Shown: piece by piece, positions 10,847 through 23,626 of the stretch | Layout: every line of letters starts with the position of its first letter | Numbering within the stretch: position 1 is the stretch's first letter | Sequence record: MT708547.1 | DNA: 64,000 bases | Strand: one strand, 5' to 3' | Program-made: the position numbers and the translations under genes | Notes under the pieces: model-generated | What the model was told of the DNA's origin: nothing | Seen by the model: the letters and a program-made list of their open reading frames with translations, nothing else | Databases searched by the model: none

Positions 10847-12205
10847 ATGTCAATAAAAAAAGAAACTACAAAATTAAAACCCACCGCAGATCAGAAAGTT
10901 ATACTTGATGATTTTTTGGATAGAGTTGATAATTATCCAGGTAGGACTGAAGCTGTTCTTTCTGCACCTGCTGGTACTGGTAAAACGTTCACCACTGCTG
11001 AAATTATTAAATTACTTTATAAAGATTATAATATTGCGGTAACTTCTCCTACACACAAAGCAAATTCCGTAATTCAAAATATGCTTATCAACCAAGCAGG
11101 GATTACAAAAGAAGATGCAAAGGTAAGTACTATTCATTCTTTTCTTGGGCTTAAATTGGTACAGGAAAAAAATCATCAAGTACTGAAGCACGATCCACAT
11201 AGTAAATTATCAACAACCAACGTTGATGTTCTTATCGTGGACGAATGTTCTATGATTTCAGAAGAATTATATTTCCATATACAGAATCAATTACATCGTG
11301 TACGAAGGGCAGTGTTATACATTGGCGATAAATGTCAGTTACCACCAGTAGAAGCTGAAGTTATTGGTAAAGAAAAATTATCCCCAACCTTTGATGTTTC
11401 AGTACAGTATACATTAACTGAAGTACTACGTCAGGCAATGGACAATCCAGTACTATCAGTCGCTACTGCTATCAGAGAATGCATCGGTACCAATAAAGAT
11501 CCAATGCATATTATGGTCAATAACACAAAAGGCCATGATACTATCACACCCATTGATGATGAAGATTTATTTCTGAATGTATATAAGGATTTTATTATTG
11601 AAAACAAAGGTAATAGTAATAAAATTTTTGATTTCGTGAATGAAAATAAAATCCTTGCATATACGAATATGAGAGTTAATATTGCAAACATGTATATCAG
11701 AAATCAATTATATGATGTACTTGATGAATTTGTAAAAGGGGAACCTATTGTATTTGAGAGTATTACCGAAAATAGTCCATATTCTGTTCAACAAATTATT
11801 CAGTGTCCAAGAGTGAGAAAAGAATCATTTATGGGTATTGATTGTTGGCAGTTTCAGTTACTTAATGGTAGTTTCATTTACGGTGTTGGTCCTTCATCAC
11901 GTGCGGCAATGGAAGATCATTTACAGGATATGGTAAGAAAGATTGAAAAGAAAGTTTTTAATCCATTGACAAAACGACCATATGTATGGCAGGATTATTA
12001 TATCATTCGCAATAAAATGCATATCATTAATTACCCATACGCAACAACTGTCCACAAATCACAGGGTAGTACATTCGATAATATTTGGTTTGATACTGAT
12101 TTCATTGAGAGAATCCCAAACAATGATATGAAATGTCGAATTCTTTATACTGCAATGACACGTCCCAGATATAGTGTAATGTTAAGACAGAATGATTACT
12201 ATTAA
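10847..12205 (+). CDS. dda: SF1B DNA helicase (Dda/RecD-like)
   Basis: APAGTGKT, SPTHKA, IVDECSMI, IGDKCQLPPV, EVLRQ, TVHKSQGSTF, YTAMTR. Confidence 0.92.
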   Translation: MSIKKETTKLKPTADQKVILDDFLDRVDNYPGRTEAVLSAPAGTGKTFTTAEIIKLLYKDYNIAVTSPTHKANSVIQNMLINQAGITKEDAKVSTIHSFLGLKLVQEKNHQVLKHDPHSKLSTTNVDVLIVDECSMISEELYFHIQNQLHRVRRAVLYIGDKCQLPPVEAEVIGKEKLSPTFDVSVQYTLTEVLRQAMDNPVLSVATAIRECIGTNKDPMHIMVNNTKGHDTITPIDDEDLFLNVYKDFIIENKGNSNKIFDFVNENKILAYTNMRVNIANMYIRNQLYDVLDEFVKGEPIVFESITENSPYSVQQIIQCPRVRKESFMGIDCWQFQLLNGSFIYGVGPSSRAAMEDHLQDMVRKIEKKVFNPLTKRPYVWQDYYIIRNKMHIINYPYATTVHKSQGSTFDNIWFDTDFIERIPNNDMKCRILYTAMTRPRYSVMLRQNDYY

Positions 12206-12232
12206 AATAAATAACAAAAAGAACTCTATGTT

Positions 12233-12805
12233 TTGGAGAACAAAATGAATAACCAAATGCATGTTTTTAAAATTACAGTACCAGGTAAAGTACTGGATGA
12301 TAAACTATATTATCAATATACCGATTTCGAAGATGTAGTAGGTGATGCTACTAAACCACCAAGTGATGCACAAACTGTTGAGAAAAGTAAGGCGTATGTT
12401 CGTATGCGTTATTTCAATATTCAACTGGCATCTCTAATGATTCCTGTGTATGCTACATTTGAACCAACTACTGCTGGTACTTGTGCTGTTATTCCAGATA
12501 CACCAGTACTGCACATTGGATACGTAAGTTATGAACCGTTCCTTAGTACTCTAAGTGATGCCGCACGTGCAGCCTTGGATACTGAAGACAAACGCACCGC
12601 TGCCGCAGCAAGTGTTATTGAACAACTTCTAATCGACACCCTGGCTAAAGATCTGGTTGGTGAACAAGTACAAGTTCAAAAAACCACCAATCGCACTACA
12701 AGTCCACTAACAACCACTGAGGTTGATTATCGTGAAATCAGTATCGTGGAACTTGATGTTCCAGGAAGTGAAGTATTAGTTACTGTAGAATATGTAAAAT
12801 TATAA
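12233..12805 (+). CDS. Hypothetical protein (possibly late/virion)
   Basis: 190-aa ORF; AATAAATA upstream. Confidence 0.65.
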   Translation: MENKMNNQMHVFKITVPGKVLDDKLYYQYTDFEDVVGDATKPPSDAQTVEKSKAYVRMRYFNIQLASLMIPVYATFEPTTAGTCAVIPDTPVLHIGYVSYEPFLSTLSDAARAALDTEDKRTAAAASVIEQLLIDTLAKDLVGEQVQVQKTTNRTTSPLTTTEVDYREISIVELDVPGSEVLVTVEYVKL

Positions 12806-12826
12806 TTTTTCAATTGGAGTCTTGAC

Positions 12827-13015
12827 ATGCAGGATAAAAAATTCTATGATCGCATTATTGAAGATGAACAATTTTTTGATAAAGTAATCTATGATATTGA
12901 GCATTTTATTGAAAATGCTCCAACGGTGAAAGCACGTCAACTAGGCTATGCAGTAAAACAAGGCTTAGTTGAAATCAAAAAAATTGCATCATACTATTCT
13001 GATGCTAAAAAATAA
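12827..13015 (+). CDS. Hypothetical protein
   Basis: 62 aa with GGAG RBS. Confidence 0.6.
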   Translation: MQDKKFYDRIIEDEQFFDKVIYDIEHFIENAPTVKARQLGYAVKQGLVEIKKIASYYSDAKK

Positions 13016-13083
13016 TGCTTTACTAATGTTTTAAAATAACATATAATACAATCTTACCAATAAAAAACGGAGTAGTATAATAC

Positions 13084-13593
13084 ATGAAAGAAATTATTGC
13101 CAATGACAAAATTATTGCTAAAACTGTTCGTTTAGTAATGGACGGTTCTAGTGAAGTAATGGCAATTGCTAAAGCACGTCAGGAAGCCGATAATTTGGGT
13201 CTTGATATTGTGGTTGTAAATAATGGGGATGTGCCTGTAGTTAAAATTGTAGACCTTAACAAATACAAATACGAACTCAAACAATCAGAAAAAGCATCTC
13301 TGAAAAAACAGCGTCAGAATGTTATCAGTACTAAGGAGATTCAATTCACTTTCGGTACTCAGGATAATGATTTGATCGTTAAGGCTAAATCTGCTACTAA
13401 GTTTTTATCAGAAGGTAAAAATGTATTAATTGTTATGAAAACCGTTGGTCGTGGAAATACACCTCAATTAGTTAAACAAAATATTGATGCGATGAATGCT
13501 TTTGTGAAACGTCTTGGTGAAGTAGACTTTATCCAAAAAGTCGAATATCAGGGCAAAAAAGTAACATGCACTGTCAAAAGTACTGTAAAATAA
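13084..13593 (+). CDS. infC: Translation initiation factor IF-3 homolog
   Basis: ANDKI..VRLV, GLDIVVV, PVVKIVDLNKYKYE, KEIQF, DNDLIVKAK..KFLSEG.NV, GRG; two-domain IF-3 layout. Confidence 0.9.
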   Translation: MKEIIANDKIIAKTVRLVMDGSSEVMAIAKARQEADNLGLDIVVVNNGDVPVVKIVDLNKYKYELKQSEKASLKKQRQNVISTKEIQFTFGTQDNDLIVKAKSATKFLSEGKNVLIVMKTVGRGNTPQLVKQNIDAMNAFVKRLGEVDFIQKVEYQGKKVTCTVKSTVK

Positions 13594-14148
<555 letters not shown>

Positions 14149-14152
14149 TAAT

Positions 14153-14773
<621 letters not shown>

Positions 14774-14785
14774 GGAGTAAATCCA

Positions 14786-15703
14786 ATGCCTAGTAAGAGT
14801 CAATCACAAGCACGATTATTTGCAGCAATGGCACATGATCCAGAAATTGCAAAACAACATGGTGTTTCTATGAGTACAGCAAAAGAATGGAATAAATCAG
14901 ATGCAGAAATGGGTAATCTAAATAAAAGTTCTAAACTACCAAAGCATGTAAAAAAAGAAAAGACTGAAGAAAGTTCTACTCGTGATATTCTGGATTATCT
15001 CAATAATCTGGAATTACAGGACGAAATAGAACAAGAAGAGAAAGCGGTACAGTACAGTACAGAACGCTCTAGAATGCACCAAAAAGGCTGTCAGTGCGAC
15101 GATTGTTCCAATAATGAGCACCACTATTACCCTGATGTACAACACGCCCATGATTGCTCCTGTGATGATTGTGCTTCACATATTGAGTTACAGGAAATGC
15201 CACAGAGATTTGACGCATTTGCTGGACAAGACCGAGATGAATTCGTTGATAAAACCGCTGAAATGACAGGCAGACACAACATGGTTCCATTTGCTGAACA
15301 TGCTGATTATACTGTGTATAAAAATAAAAACGGTTCAGGGTTTATTGCTTATGACAAAGATGGTAAACAGCTTGCAGTACTTAGTGGGTATGTGAGTGAT
15401 AATGCAGTACATGGAGTACCAAATGTATTTGTTGAAGAAGCAATTGCATCCAAGACTGGTACTAAGGGTGTAATTTATACTATTTTCACTGATCTGTTAA
15501 ATGCAGGATATAAAATTTTAAGTGATGAATTACATTCAGATGATGCAATTACTTTTTGGTCTAAATTGATTTCATCTCATCAGGTATATGTGGTTGGTGA
15601 CGGTGAAGTACTGGCTCGTGCTAATACTCAAAAATTACACAAGTATTGGAGTTCAGATGAAACAAGTCCAAGTGCAGAATTACGTTTATTACTAGTAAAA
15701 TAA
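14786..15703 (+). CDS. Hypothetical protein with His/Cys-rich repeats and a possible GNAT-like C-terminus
   Basis: MPSKSQSQARLFAAMAH; HQKGCQCDDC and HAHDCSCDDC. Confidence 0.7.
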   Translation: MPSKSQSQARLFAAMAHDPEIAKQHGVSMSTAKEWNKSDAEMGNLNKSSKLPKHVKKEKTEESSTRDILDYLNNLELQDEIEQEEKAVQYSTERSRMHQKGCQCDDCSNNEHHYYPDVQHAHDCSCDDCASHIELQEMPQRFDAFAGQDRDEFVDKTAEMTGRHNMVPFAEHADYTVYKNKNGSGFIAYDKDGKQLAVLSGYVSDNAVHGVPNVFVEEAIASKTGTKGVIYTIFTDLLNAGYKILSDELHSDDAITFWSKLISSHQVYVVGDGEVLARANTQKLHKYWSSDETSPSAELRLLLVK

Positions 15704-15800
15704 AAAATGGGAGCTTATGCTCCCATAAATATTTTTGAACAAAAACATTAAAATCAACTATAATTTATACGTTATAACAAAGATACAAAAGGATTTAATA

Positions 15801-17768
15801 ATGGCTAAGAAACAAGAAAGTTCAGTACTTCAAGAACATGATGTACAACGCCTTAATGATTATCAACATGCTCGTCTACGCAGTGAAATGTACTTAGGAT
15901 CAAGAAGTATCCATGAAAGCCAAGTTCTCATTTTTGGGGAAAATTCATACCAAGTTACTAACATGGAATGGGTGCCTGCATTACTTACTGCATGTCGTGA
16001 ATTATGGGATAATTCACTTGATGAGTTTAAAAAAGCCGGTACTAAAGAACCGGTACTTAAAATTGAATTTGATGAAAATGAATTAACATTCAGTTGTATT
16101 GATAATGGACGCGGTATTCCAATTGATTATGTTCCAGATTTCAATACTAATCTCTGTACTATGGTAATGACTGAAACAAAGACTGGTAGAAACTTTGATG
16201 ATTCAAAGCGTGATGAAACTATTGGTCAAAATGGTCTGGGTGGATCCGTGGCAATGCTTGTAAGTTCTAAAGCTGAAATGGAAATACATCGAAAAGGTCG
16301 TCCATATAAAACATCAGCGTCCAATGATTCATATGATGGATTTTATAAATTCAGTCAAAATTTTAAAGAAGGTACTGAATTTATTCCAGAAATTCAAATT
16401 TCTGAACCAGTAATTAGAAAAATTAGTTCTGATAAAACAGGAACAAGTATTAGACTAACATTTAGTCCTTCTGTATTTCCTAACAGAAAATTACCAATTG
16501 AACTGTTGTACAGCATTTTAAAAGAAATGGCATCAGCAAATCCAACATATAAAATCTTTTTGAATAATAAACGAATTAATGTTAAACCAACTCCAGAAAA
16601 AACATTATTTAATGCATCTAAACTAATGCAACTAAATGTTAACGATGAATCTTTTAACTTTAACAGTACTTTTTATATTATTCCAAATGCTGTTAATAAT
16701 ATGAATACTAATTTTCATATGCATGGTTTAGTTAATAATGCACCAGCGTTCGATGGTGGTACTCATCTAGATACATTCAAGAAACATTTTTCACTTGGTA
16801 TTGCTAATGCTCTTGAAAAAGAAGCGAAGAAGCGTAAGATGAAGCCAAACCGTTCAGATATTGAAGAAGGGCTTCTGATTTATAATGTAACTACAATGAA
16901 AGCACCTTCATTCAATTCACAAATTAAATCCAAATTAACTAACGAAAATGTAGTTAAACCAATTCAACAAGCAATGAGTACTGAATGGTTCGAAGAATTA
17001 GTTAAAAAGAATAAAGATTGGGTTGATGAAATATTTGAACGTTGTGCTGCACGTACAAATAAAAAAGATGCAGAAGAAGATCGTCGTCTTGCTAAAAAAC
17101 TTCTTAAAGGTAAAGTTGCCAAACTACTTGATTCAGTTGGTACTGATCGTTCCAAATGTATTCTAATGTTGGCAGAAGGTGATTCTGCTATTTCTAACAT
17201 GGCTAGTGCTCGTGATCCTAATATTCATGGTATCTTACCTTTACGTGGTAAAATTATGAATGTGAGTGGTGAAGAGAAAACAAAAGAATTAATGGATTCT
17301 GATGCATTGCATGATATCATGGCTAGTATTAACCTAGTTCCAGGTGTGAAGGCAAATCGTGATGAATTGAGTTTTGGTAAATTATACATAGCAACGGATG
17401 AAGATACTGACGGCCTTAATATAGCCGCATTGATTTGTAATTTTCTTTATAAATTCTGGCCTGAACTATTTCAGGATGCCGATAATCCGTTTGTGTATGT
17501 ATTCAAAACTCCATTTATTATTCTGGAGAAAGGGAAAGAATCAAAATACTTCTATGGTTATAATGTTTCTGAATACAATCCTGAAGATTGGAAGGGTTGG
17601 AACGCCACACGTGCAAAAGGATTGGGAACATTGGAAAAGAGTAATTTCAGAGACGCATTCACCAATAGTGTAGCGGTTGCAATTACCGATGATGGTAATT
17701 TAGGTGAAACACTGGATTTGATATTCAATAAAAAGAGAGCAGATGATCGTAAAGCATGGATGGCTTAG
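15801..17768 (+). CDS. Type II DNA topoisomerase, ATPase/TOPRIM subunit (T4 gp39+60 / GyrB-like)
   Basis: RLRSEMYLGS, ELWDNSLDE, DNGRGIP, GQNGLGG, LAEGDSA, PLRGKIMN, TDEDTDG, KGLGT. Confidence 0.95.
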   Translation: MAKKQESSVLQEHDVQRLNDYQHARLRSEMYLGSRSIHESQVLIFGENSYQVTNMEWVPALLTACRELWDNSLDEFKKAGTKEPVLKIEFDENELTFSCIDNGRGIPIDYVPDFNTNLCTMVMTETKTGRNFDDSKRDETIGQNGLGGSVAMLVSSKAEMEIHRKGRPYKTSASNDSYDGFYKFSQNFKEGTEFIPEIQISEPVIRKISSDKTGTSIRLTFSPSVFPNRKLPIELLYSILKEMASANPTYKIFLNNKRINVKPTPEKTLFNASKLMQLNVNDESFNFNSTFYIIPNAVNNMNTNFHMHGLVNNAPAFDGGTHLDTFKKHFSLGIANALEKEAKKRKMKPNRSDIEEGLLIYNVTTMKAPSFNSQIKSKLTNENVVKPIQQAMSTEWFEELVKKNKDWVDEIFERCAARTNKKDAEEDRRLAKKLLKGKVAKLLDSVGTDRSKCILMLAEGDSAISNMASARDPNIHGILPLRGKIMNVSGEEKTKELMDSDALHDIMASINLVPGVKANRDELSFGKLYIATDEDTDGLNIAALICNFLYKFWPELFQDADNPFVYVFKTPFIILEKGKESKYFYGYNVSEYNPEDWKGWNATRAKGLGTLEKSNFRDAFTNSVAVAITDDGNLGETLDLIFNKKRADDRKAWMA

Positions 17769-17771
17769 GAT

Positions 17772-19481
17772 ATGAAACATGATGAAGTAGTTAGTATAAT
17801 TAAAAAATTTGCCAATGAAGTCAAGTCCAATGGGGAATCAGTACTAAAGCAAATTAAAAAGATGGATAGATATGAAGAAGTTATTTCATATCTAAAAAGC
17901 TATTATGGTGACTATGATATTAAAGTTCTAATTGGTTCAGTACTGAATGATTTAGATACCATTCCCATTGCTGCTTGTGGGAATGTATGTAGATTTGATG
18001 GATTAAAATTGAGGTACGTATGTACCTCATATAAAATGAACAAAGAAGAAACATGTCCTGAGTGTCATATTAAATTAAAAGAAATAATGAACAACAACAG
18101 AATGCAATCTGTGGAAATGAAGTACGGTACTCCATATATATCTAAAGTTCCAGAATTTAGAGAGAAAGCAAAAAATACAATGTTTAATGAGTATGGTGTA
18201 TATAATATTTCTAATTTGGATTCTGTGAAAAAGAAAAAAAGTGATAATTATCACAATAAAAGTTTAGAAGAAAAAGAACGTATTAAAGAAAAAAATAAGA
18301 AAAAAGTAATACAGACATATGGTGTTGATAACGTATCTAAATCTGAAATTGTAAAACAAAAGAAACTTGGTAATAAAAATCCATTCAATAATAGTACTTT
18401 TAAAATTAAAAATATCATTAATACAACCAAACGAAGATATAATAGCATAACAGACTATTTAAAAACCAATGATAAACCATATACACTAACTTACATGCCA
18501 TTTGCATATAAAGATGACCATGTATTTCAATGTAAGTGTGGTGAAATTATAAGTTGTAAAATACAATCGTTTGATACAATACGTTGTTATAAATGTTTCC
18601 CATTGGAAGTAAGTTCTGGTGAACTTTGGTTGAGACAAGAAATTGAAAATATTATAAGTAATACATCAACAAGTACTGAAATGTTATTAAATCAAAGGTA
18701 TGATTTTATTGATAACAGAGAAATTGATATATACTTACCTGAATTGAAAATAGGTTTTGAATTCAATGGTTCGTACTGGCATAATGATGAACACAAAGAT
18801 AAGTACTATCATCAGAAGAAATCGATTTCTGCAAAAAACAATGGTATCAATTTAATACATATCCATGAATCTGATTATAATAAAATAAAAGATAAAATTG
18901 TAATGAGATTAAAACATGTATTAAACAAAAATGATAAAACAATTTATGCAAGAAAATGTATTGTAAAAGAAGTATCATTTAAAGAAAGTGAAGTATTTTT
19001 GGATGAATATCATTTTCAACAATCATGTGTATCAGGTATAAGAATTGGATTATATTATGATAATGAATTAGTAGCATTGGCTACGTATGGAAAATCCAGA
19101 TATGACAAAAAATATGAATATGAATTATTGAGATTCTGTACCAAGTATTCGGTACCGGGTGGGTTTAGTAAAATAATGAAATACTTTGAGCAAACATACA
19201 ACCCTAAATCATTGATGACATATGCCGATCTGGACTGGAGTAATGGTAATGTTTATGAAAAAAATGGGTTTGAGTTTGTGAAATACACCGAACCAAGTTA
19301 CTTTTATGTGGATAAATATCAAAATAAAATTTCAAGATATGATTGTCGTAAAACGGAATTATTAAAACTGTATGATTGGGCTACCAATGATATGACGGAA
19401 ACTGAAATCTGTAAAAAATTAAATTACAATAAAATATATTCATCTGGAAATATCGTTTATCGTAAAATATATAACAAATAA
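17772..19481 (+). mobile_element. Free-standing Hef/DUF559-like endonuclease with a C-terminal Mom-like domain
   Basis: YGVYNIS/YGVDNVS repeats, Cys clusters, SSGE..EIDIYLPELKIGFEFNGSYWH, and C-terminal ELLRFC..TYADLDWSNGNVY. Confidence 0.75.
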
Positions 19482-19496
19482 CAAAGAGGCAATGGA

Positions 19497-20903
19497 ATGG
19501 CTAAAAAAGAAAAAACTCAAGGTATTGATAATGCAACATTAACGCTATTAGATTACAACAGTTCTGAATATTTGAATAGCACTTCACTAGAATATTCAAT
19601 GTATACATTAGATCGTGCTATTCCGGGAATTGATGGTCTAAAGAGTTCACAACGAAAAGCAATTTTTACGCTAAGTAAAATATCAGGTGAAATTAAAACA
19701 GTATCATGTGCTGGTCGCATGATTAGTGATGGTATCTATTTACATGGTGATTCATCTGCAAGTGGTACACTACAACAACTGGCATCACCTGTAGCAAACA
19801 ATTATCCACTCATTGGTAAACGTGGTGGTTTTGGTACACAGGTAAACAGTACACCAGCATCACCTCGATATACATATGTGAAGAAGAACAAAAGCACTGA
19901 AGAATTAATTCTTCGTGATATGGAAATTATTCCAATGCAAGAAAACTATGATGGTACCACTATGGAACCAACACATTTTCTTCCAATCATTCCATTATCG
20001 TTGTTTGGTAATGACAGTATGTCGGTTGGTTATAAGAGTACAATTCTTCCTTATAAAATTAAAGATATTATTGATAACTGTATCCGTGTTATTGATAAAA
20101 CTGAACTAAGAGAAATGACCCCATATTATGTATCAGTTGGTGCAAGCGAAACTGTAACTAAACTTGATGAAAACAAATATGAGTTCTATGGAACAGCAGA
20201 AGTTATTGATGCCAGTACCGTAAAAGTTACTGGATTGCCACCCAACTATAGCGTTGAAAAATTTGTTGAAAAATTAATTAAGATGGGTGATGATGGTGAA
20301 ATTCGTGATTATGATAATGGTAGTACTGATACCATTGATATAACGATAAAATTACCACGTGGTACATCAAGCAAATGGACTGAAAAGGATGTGATTGATT
20401 ATTTTGGTCTATCCAAGAAAATTACACAAATTCTTACAGTACTCGATGCGAATGGTCGTGTTCGTGTATATGATAACACTTCTGACCTAATTAAAGATTT
20501 CGTTGAATTTCGTTTTGGCTATTATATTAAACGTTATGAGAAAAAAGTTAAAGATTGCACTGAAGAAGTTATATATAAAATTCTAATTAAAGAATGCTTT
20601 GATAATGATATGATTGGTAAAGTTAAATCATTTAAGAATCGTGCTGAGTTAGTTGATTTTGTAACTAAACTCAATATTGATATTGGGGCAAGTGAAGATA
20701 ATATTCAAAGCATAGTTAATTATCCTTCTTATCGCTGGACACAGGAAAACTATAATGCAGTATTGAAAGATATTCAGGATAATATGGATTTAATTGATAA
20801 GTACAACGATTTACTTAATAATAAAAATAAAATTTGGGATATCTACAAAGAAGAACTTAAAGAGCTTCGTAAGATTGATTTTACACCAAAACAAGAAAAC
20901 TAA
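19497..20903 (+). CDS. Type II DNA topoisomerase, breakage-reunion subunit (T4 gp52 / GyrA-like)
   Basis: RAIPGIDGLKSSQRK, YLHGDSS, catalytic ASPRYT, PTHFLPIIP. Confidence 0.95.
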   Translation: MAKKEKTQGIDNATLTLLDYNSSEYLNSTSLEYSMYTLDRAIPGIDGLKSSQRKAIFTLSKISGEIKTVSCAGRMISDGIYLHGDSSASGTLQQLASPVANNYPLIGKRGGFGTQVNSTPASPRYTYVKKNKSTEELILRDMEIIPMQENYDGTTMEPTHFLPIIPLSLFGNDSMSVGYKSTILPYKIKDIIDNCIRVIDKTELREMTPYYVSVGASETVTKLDENKYEFYGTAEVIDASTVKVTGLPPNYSVEKFVEKLIKMGDDGEIRDYDNGSTDTIDITIKLPRGTSSKWTEKDVIDYFGLSKKITQILTVLDANGRVRVYDNTSDLIKDFVEFRFGYYIKRYEKKVKDCTEEVIYKILIKECFDNDMIGKVKSFKNRAELVDFVTKLNIDIGASEDNIQSIVNYPSYRWTQENYNAVLKDIQDNMDLIDKYNDLLNNKNKIWDIYKEELKELRKIDFTPKQEN

Positions 20904-20976
20904 TAATAAAGACTGGAGCACATATAATAGTGCTCCTTTTTAGTAAATACCCTATATAAAACGGGAGAAAAGAAGA

Positions 20977-23304
20977 ATGGAAAATTTTACTCCTTTATGG
21001 GATATAAAATCGGAATCTGAATTTATTCAAGAGAGTGCTGACATATTAGTAACAACAAATATTAATAAAGATCCAGATGATAAAAACACTTCGTATGTTC
21101 TCAAGGACGGGGAATATATACTAATTCAGTTTCTAATAGAAACAAAAAATAAAGATGATACCAGTTTTGTGGCAGAAGACCATTATACGTTGTATGCCGG
21201 TGAAGATGTTAATAATTTGAAAAACATAACCATGGGTATTACTAAAAATAAATCAATCGCAGGAAATCACTATGCTAAATTAACAAAAGAGCAATTTGAT
21301 TTAATTGATGAAAATACATCACCCATCTGGTATTTCAAATTACATTGTAAAAATAACGGAACATTTGATAGTATTGAAATTACTACATTTACAATAGTGA
21401 GTGTAACTCGCGTTTCTCCATCTGATAGCATTACCATTGGTACAATTACAACCAGTTCACAATCTATCACTTATAACAGTACTGAATTTTGGGTAACTCC
21501 CGGTGTAGTTGTTGGTGATGATAACAATAATTATTGTATAGGTGATATTAGTTTCGGTAATGATAGTACTCTGTTTGTACAGGCGTTTGGTCGTAAAGTA
21601 CCAGGAACCACACCGAGAGTATTTTATCCAATTTATCGTTTAATGTCTATTACAGAAGATGAATTACCACAAACTGATATTACTGGAAAGAGAGCAATTC
21701 TTTTTCCACAAAAAGAAGAATTCCCAATTACTGGCAATAACAAAGAAGTGAAAGTGAACATTCTTGATGAAACAACAAAAACCTATGATACAGGTTTGGT
21801 GTTCAACCCAAATGGACAATTCTTACAAGCATTTTTATATGATTCATCACCATATGATTTGTATTTTAAAGTTCAAATACAAGATATAGAAAGTTCGTAT
21901 ACTAATGATAGTGAGCGTTATGCAATTTCACAAAGTTTTAAATCCGGTCAGATGTTTTTATGTCCAAGTGAATTTGATTTCATTTATTCAAACGATGTTC
22001 CAGTCGCTAATCATTTATATCAGTTGAAATCTGGTGTTACTTACCCATATGTTGTTGACAGTGATACAGAAGACGGTTTGGAAAAACCCGTATTTAATAG
22101 TGATGACTGGGTTGATCTTGGTTTGTATGATAAAACACTGGGTACAGGGATTATTGGTGAAACAAAAATATTCAGAATGCTTGCAAACTCTGGTACTTCT
22201 GGTAAAATTAGTTTTATTACTGATAGTGATTTGGGTACTATTCATGTAGGTGAATATTTTGGTCACAGTACTTATCCTGTTATTGAAACAGATTCTGAAT
22301 TTAACGTATCTTTTAAAATAGTATCAGGTTCTGATATTACAAAATATGGACTTGAATTAAAACCAAATGGTTATTTATGTGGTACTGCGTATGCTAAAAG
22401 TACTGATTTCACTGCAAATGATGATATCCCACTCGAATTTGAAGTTGAGGCTTATGATACTTCTGGTCTGAGAAATACAAAAACATTCCAATTAAGAATT
22501 ATTCGTGGATTTGGAGAAAACTATATAAGTTCACATTTAGTACCATCTGTACAATTCGAAAGAGAATGGTTTAAATGTATTAGTTCTACGATATTTGGTA
22601 ATCAGCAATTATTCAGAATTTCTGACGAACGATATGGGTTACAAAAAGTTCCGCGTATTCTATTAAAAGAGAATTATGTTTCACAGGATTATAATTATAA
22701 TACACTAAAAGAACTAAAAAGAGTACTAAGGAAAAATATTATTGATGAAAATAATATCCCACAAGGTACTTTCAATTTAGTAATGGGTAATTACAAAGTA
22801 CTATCATGTCTTGACAATTTAGGAAATTTACAGTACGATTTATTATTCAGAGAAGTACACCCATCTGGTTCTATTATTTCAGTAAGTAATAATCCAAGAA
22901 GTTATTCGATTAAAAATTATACTTCTTTGACTGAAGTTTTTGGTTTAAGACAGAATTTGTTCAATGCTATTGGAGAAGACACTACCAATCTCATAACAGA
23001 TCCAGATGATTTGAATAACAGGGGGTTATATGTAACGGGTTTGGACAGTTCACAAATGCTCGATACCGTTCCTCGTTTCATGAATCATCCATATGAAGGT
23101 GATGGTCTTAGTTCTGAATTCATGGTATTAATACCGGTTGCTTACTGTTTGCCGGGTAAAGGCGATGATTTGTTCTATAATCTCTATCAAAACAATGAGC
23201 ACAAACTTATGGTAGGTACTGAATTTGAAGTTCCAGCAGTTGAATTTATTACTCATGTTGGCTATATGAAGGAAAAATTTCAAATTATTTTACAAAAATC
23301 TTAA
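20977..23304 (+). CDS. Large putative structural (baseplate/tail) protein
   Basis: 775 aa, Ser/Thr/Gly-rich and beta-like; late-type motif at 20943. Confidence 0.5.
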   Translation: MENFTPLWDIKSESEFIQESADILVTTNINKDPDDKNTSYVLKDGEYILIQFLIETKNKDDTSFVAEDHYTLYAGEDVNNLKNITMGITKNKSIAGNHYAKLTKEQFDLIDENTSPIWYFKLHCKNNGTFDSIEITTFTIVSVTRVSPSDSITIGTITTSSQSITYNSTEFWVTPGVVVGDDNNNYCIGDISFGNDSTLFVQAFGRKVPGTTPRVFYPIYRLMSITEDELPQTDITGKRAILFPQKEEFPITGNNKEVKVNILDETTKTYDTGLVFNPNGQFLQAFLYDSSPYDLYFKVQIQDIESSYTNDSERYAISQSFKSGQMFLCPSEFDFIYSNDVPVANHLYQLKSGVTYPYVVDSDTEDGLEKPVFNSDDWVDLGLYDKTLGTGIIGETKIFRMLANSGTSGKISFITDSDLGTIHVGEYFGHSTYPVIETDSEFNVSFKIVSGSDITKYGLELKPNGYLCGTAYAKSTDFTANDDIPLEFEVEAYDTSGLRNTKTFQLRIIRGFGENYISSHLVPSVQFEREWFKCISSTIFGNQQLFRISDERYGLQKVPRILLKENYVSQDYNYNTLKELKRVLRKNIIDENNIPQGTFNLVMGNYKVLSCLDNLGNLQYDLLFREVHPSGSIISVSNNPRSYSIKNYTSLTEVFGLRQNLFNAIGEDTTNLITDPDDLNNRGLYVTGLDSSQMLDTVPRFMNHPYEGDGLSSEFMVLIPVAYCLPGKGDDLFYNLYQNNEHKLMVGTEFEVPAVEFITHVGYMKEKFQIILQKS

Positions 23305-23317
23305 AAAGGAGTGTATA

Positions 23318-23626
23318 ATGTCTCATCCATTATTTGATGCCAGTGATTTTACAGATAAGGAATTATATGCTAAAATTAATGAGCAAATTTTACGTATAGC
23401 AAAAGCACGCTCGATTGGTATGAGTGAATCAGTAATTAGTCAAATGCAGATGCTTTTGGATTCTTATTATACAGAAATTGAAAACAGATCAACCAAAAAG
23501 GTTATAAGTAAAATGGAAGATTCAGATCCTTGTGTGTTTGATTTGAGTTCATATCTGGAAGACAACGACGGTGTGAAGAAGAAAAATGAAAGTACAGGGA
23601 AACAGATATATAAGTCCCAATGGTGA
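23318..23626 (+). CDS. Hypothetical protein
   Basis: 102 aa with AGGAG RBS. Confidence 0.7.
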   Translation: MSHPLFDASDFTDKELYAKINEQILRIAKARSIGMSESVISQMQMLLDSYYTEIENRSTKKVISKMEDSDPCVFDLSSYLEDNDGVKKKNESTGKQIYKSQW

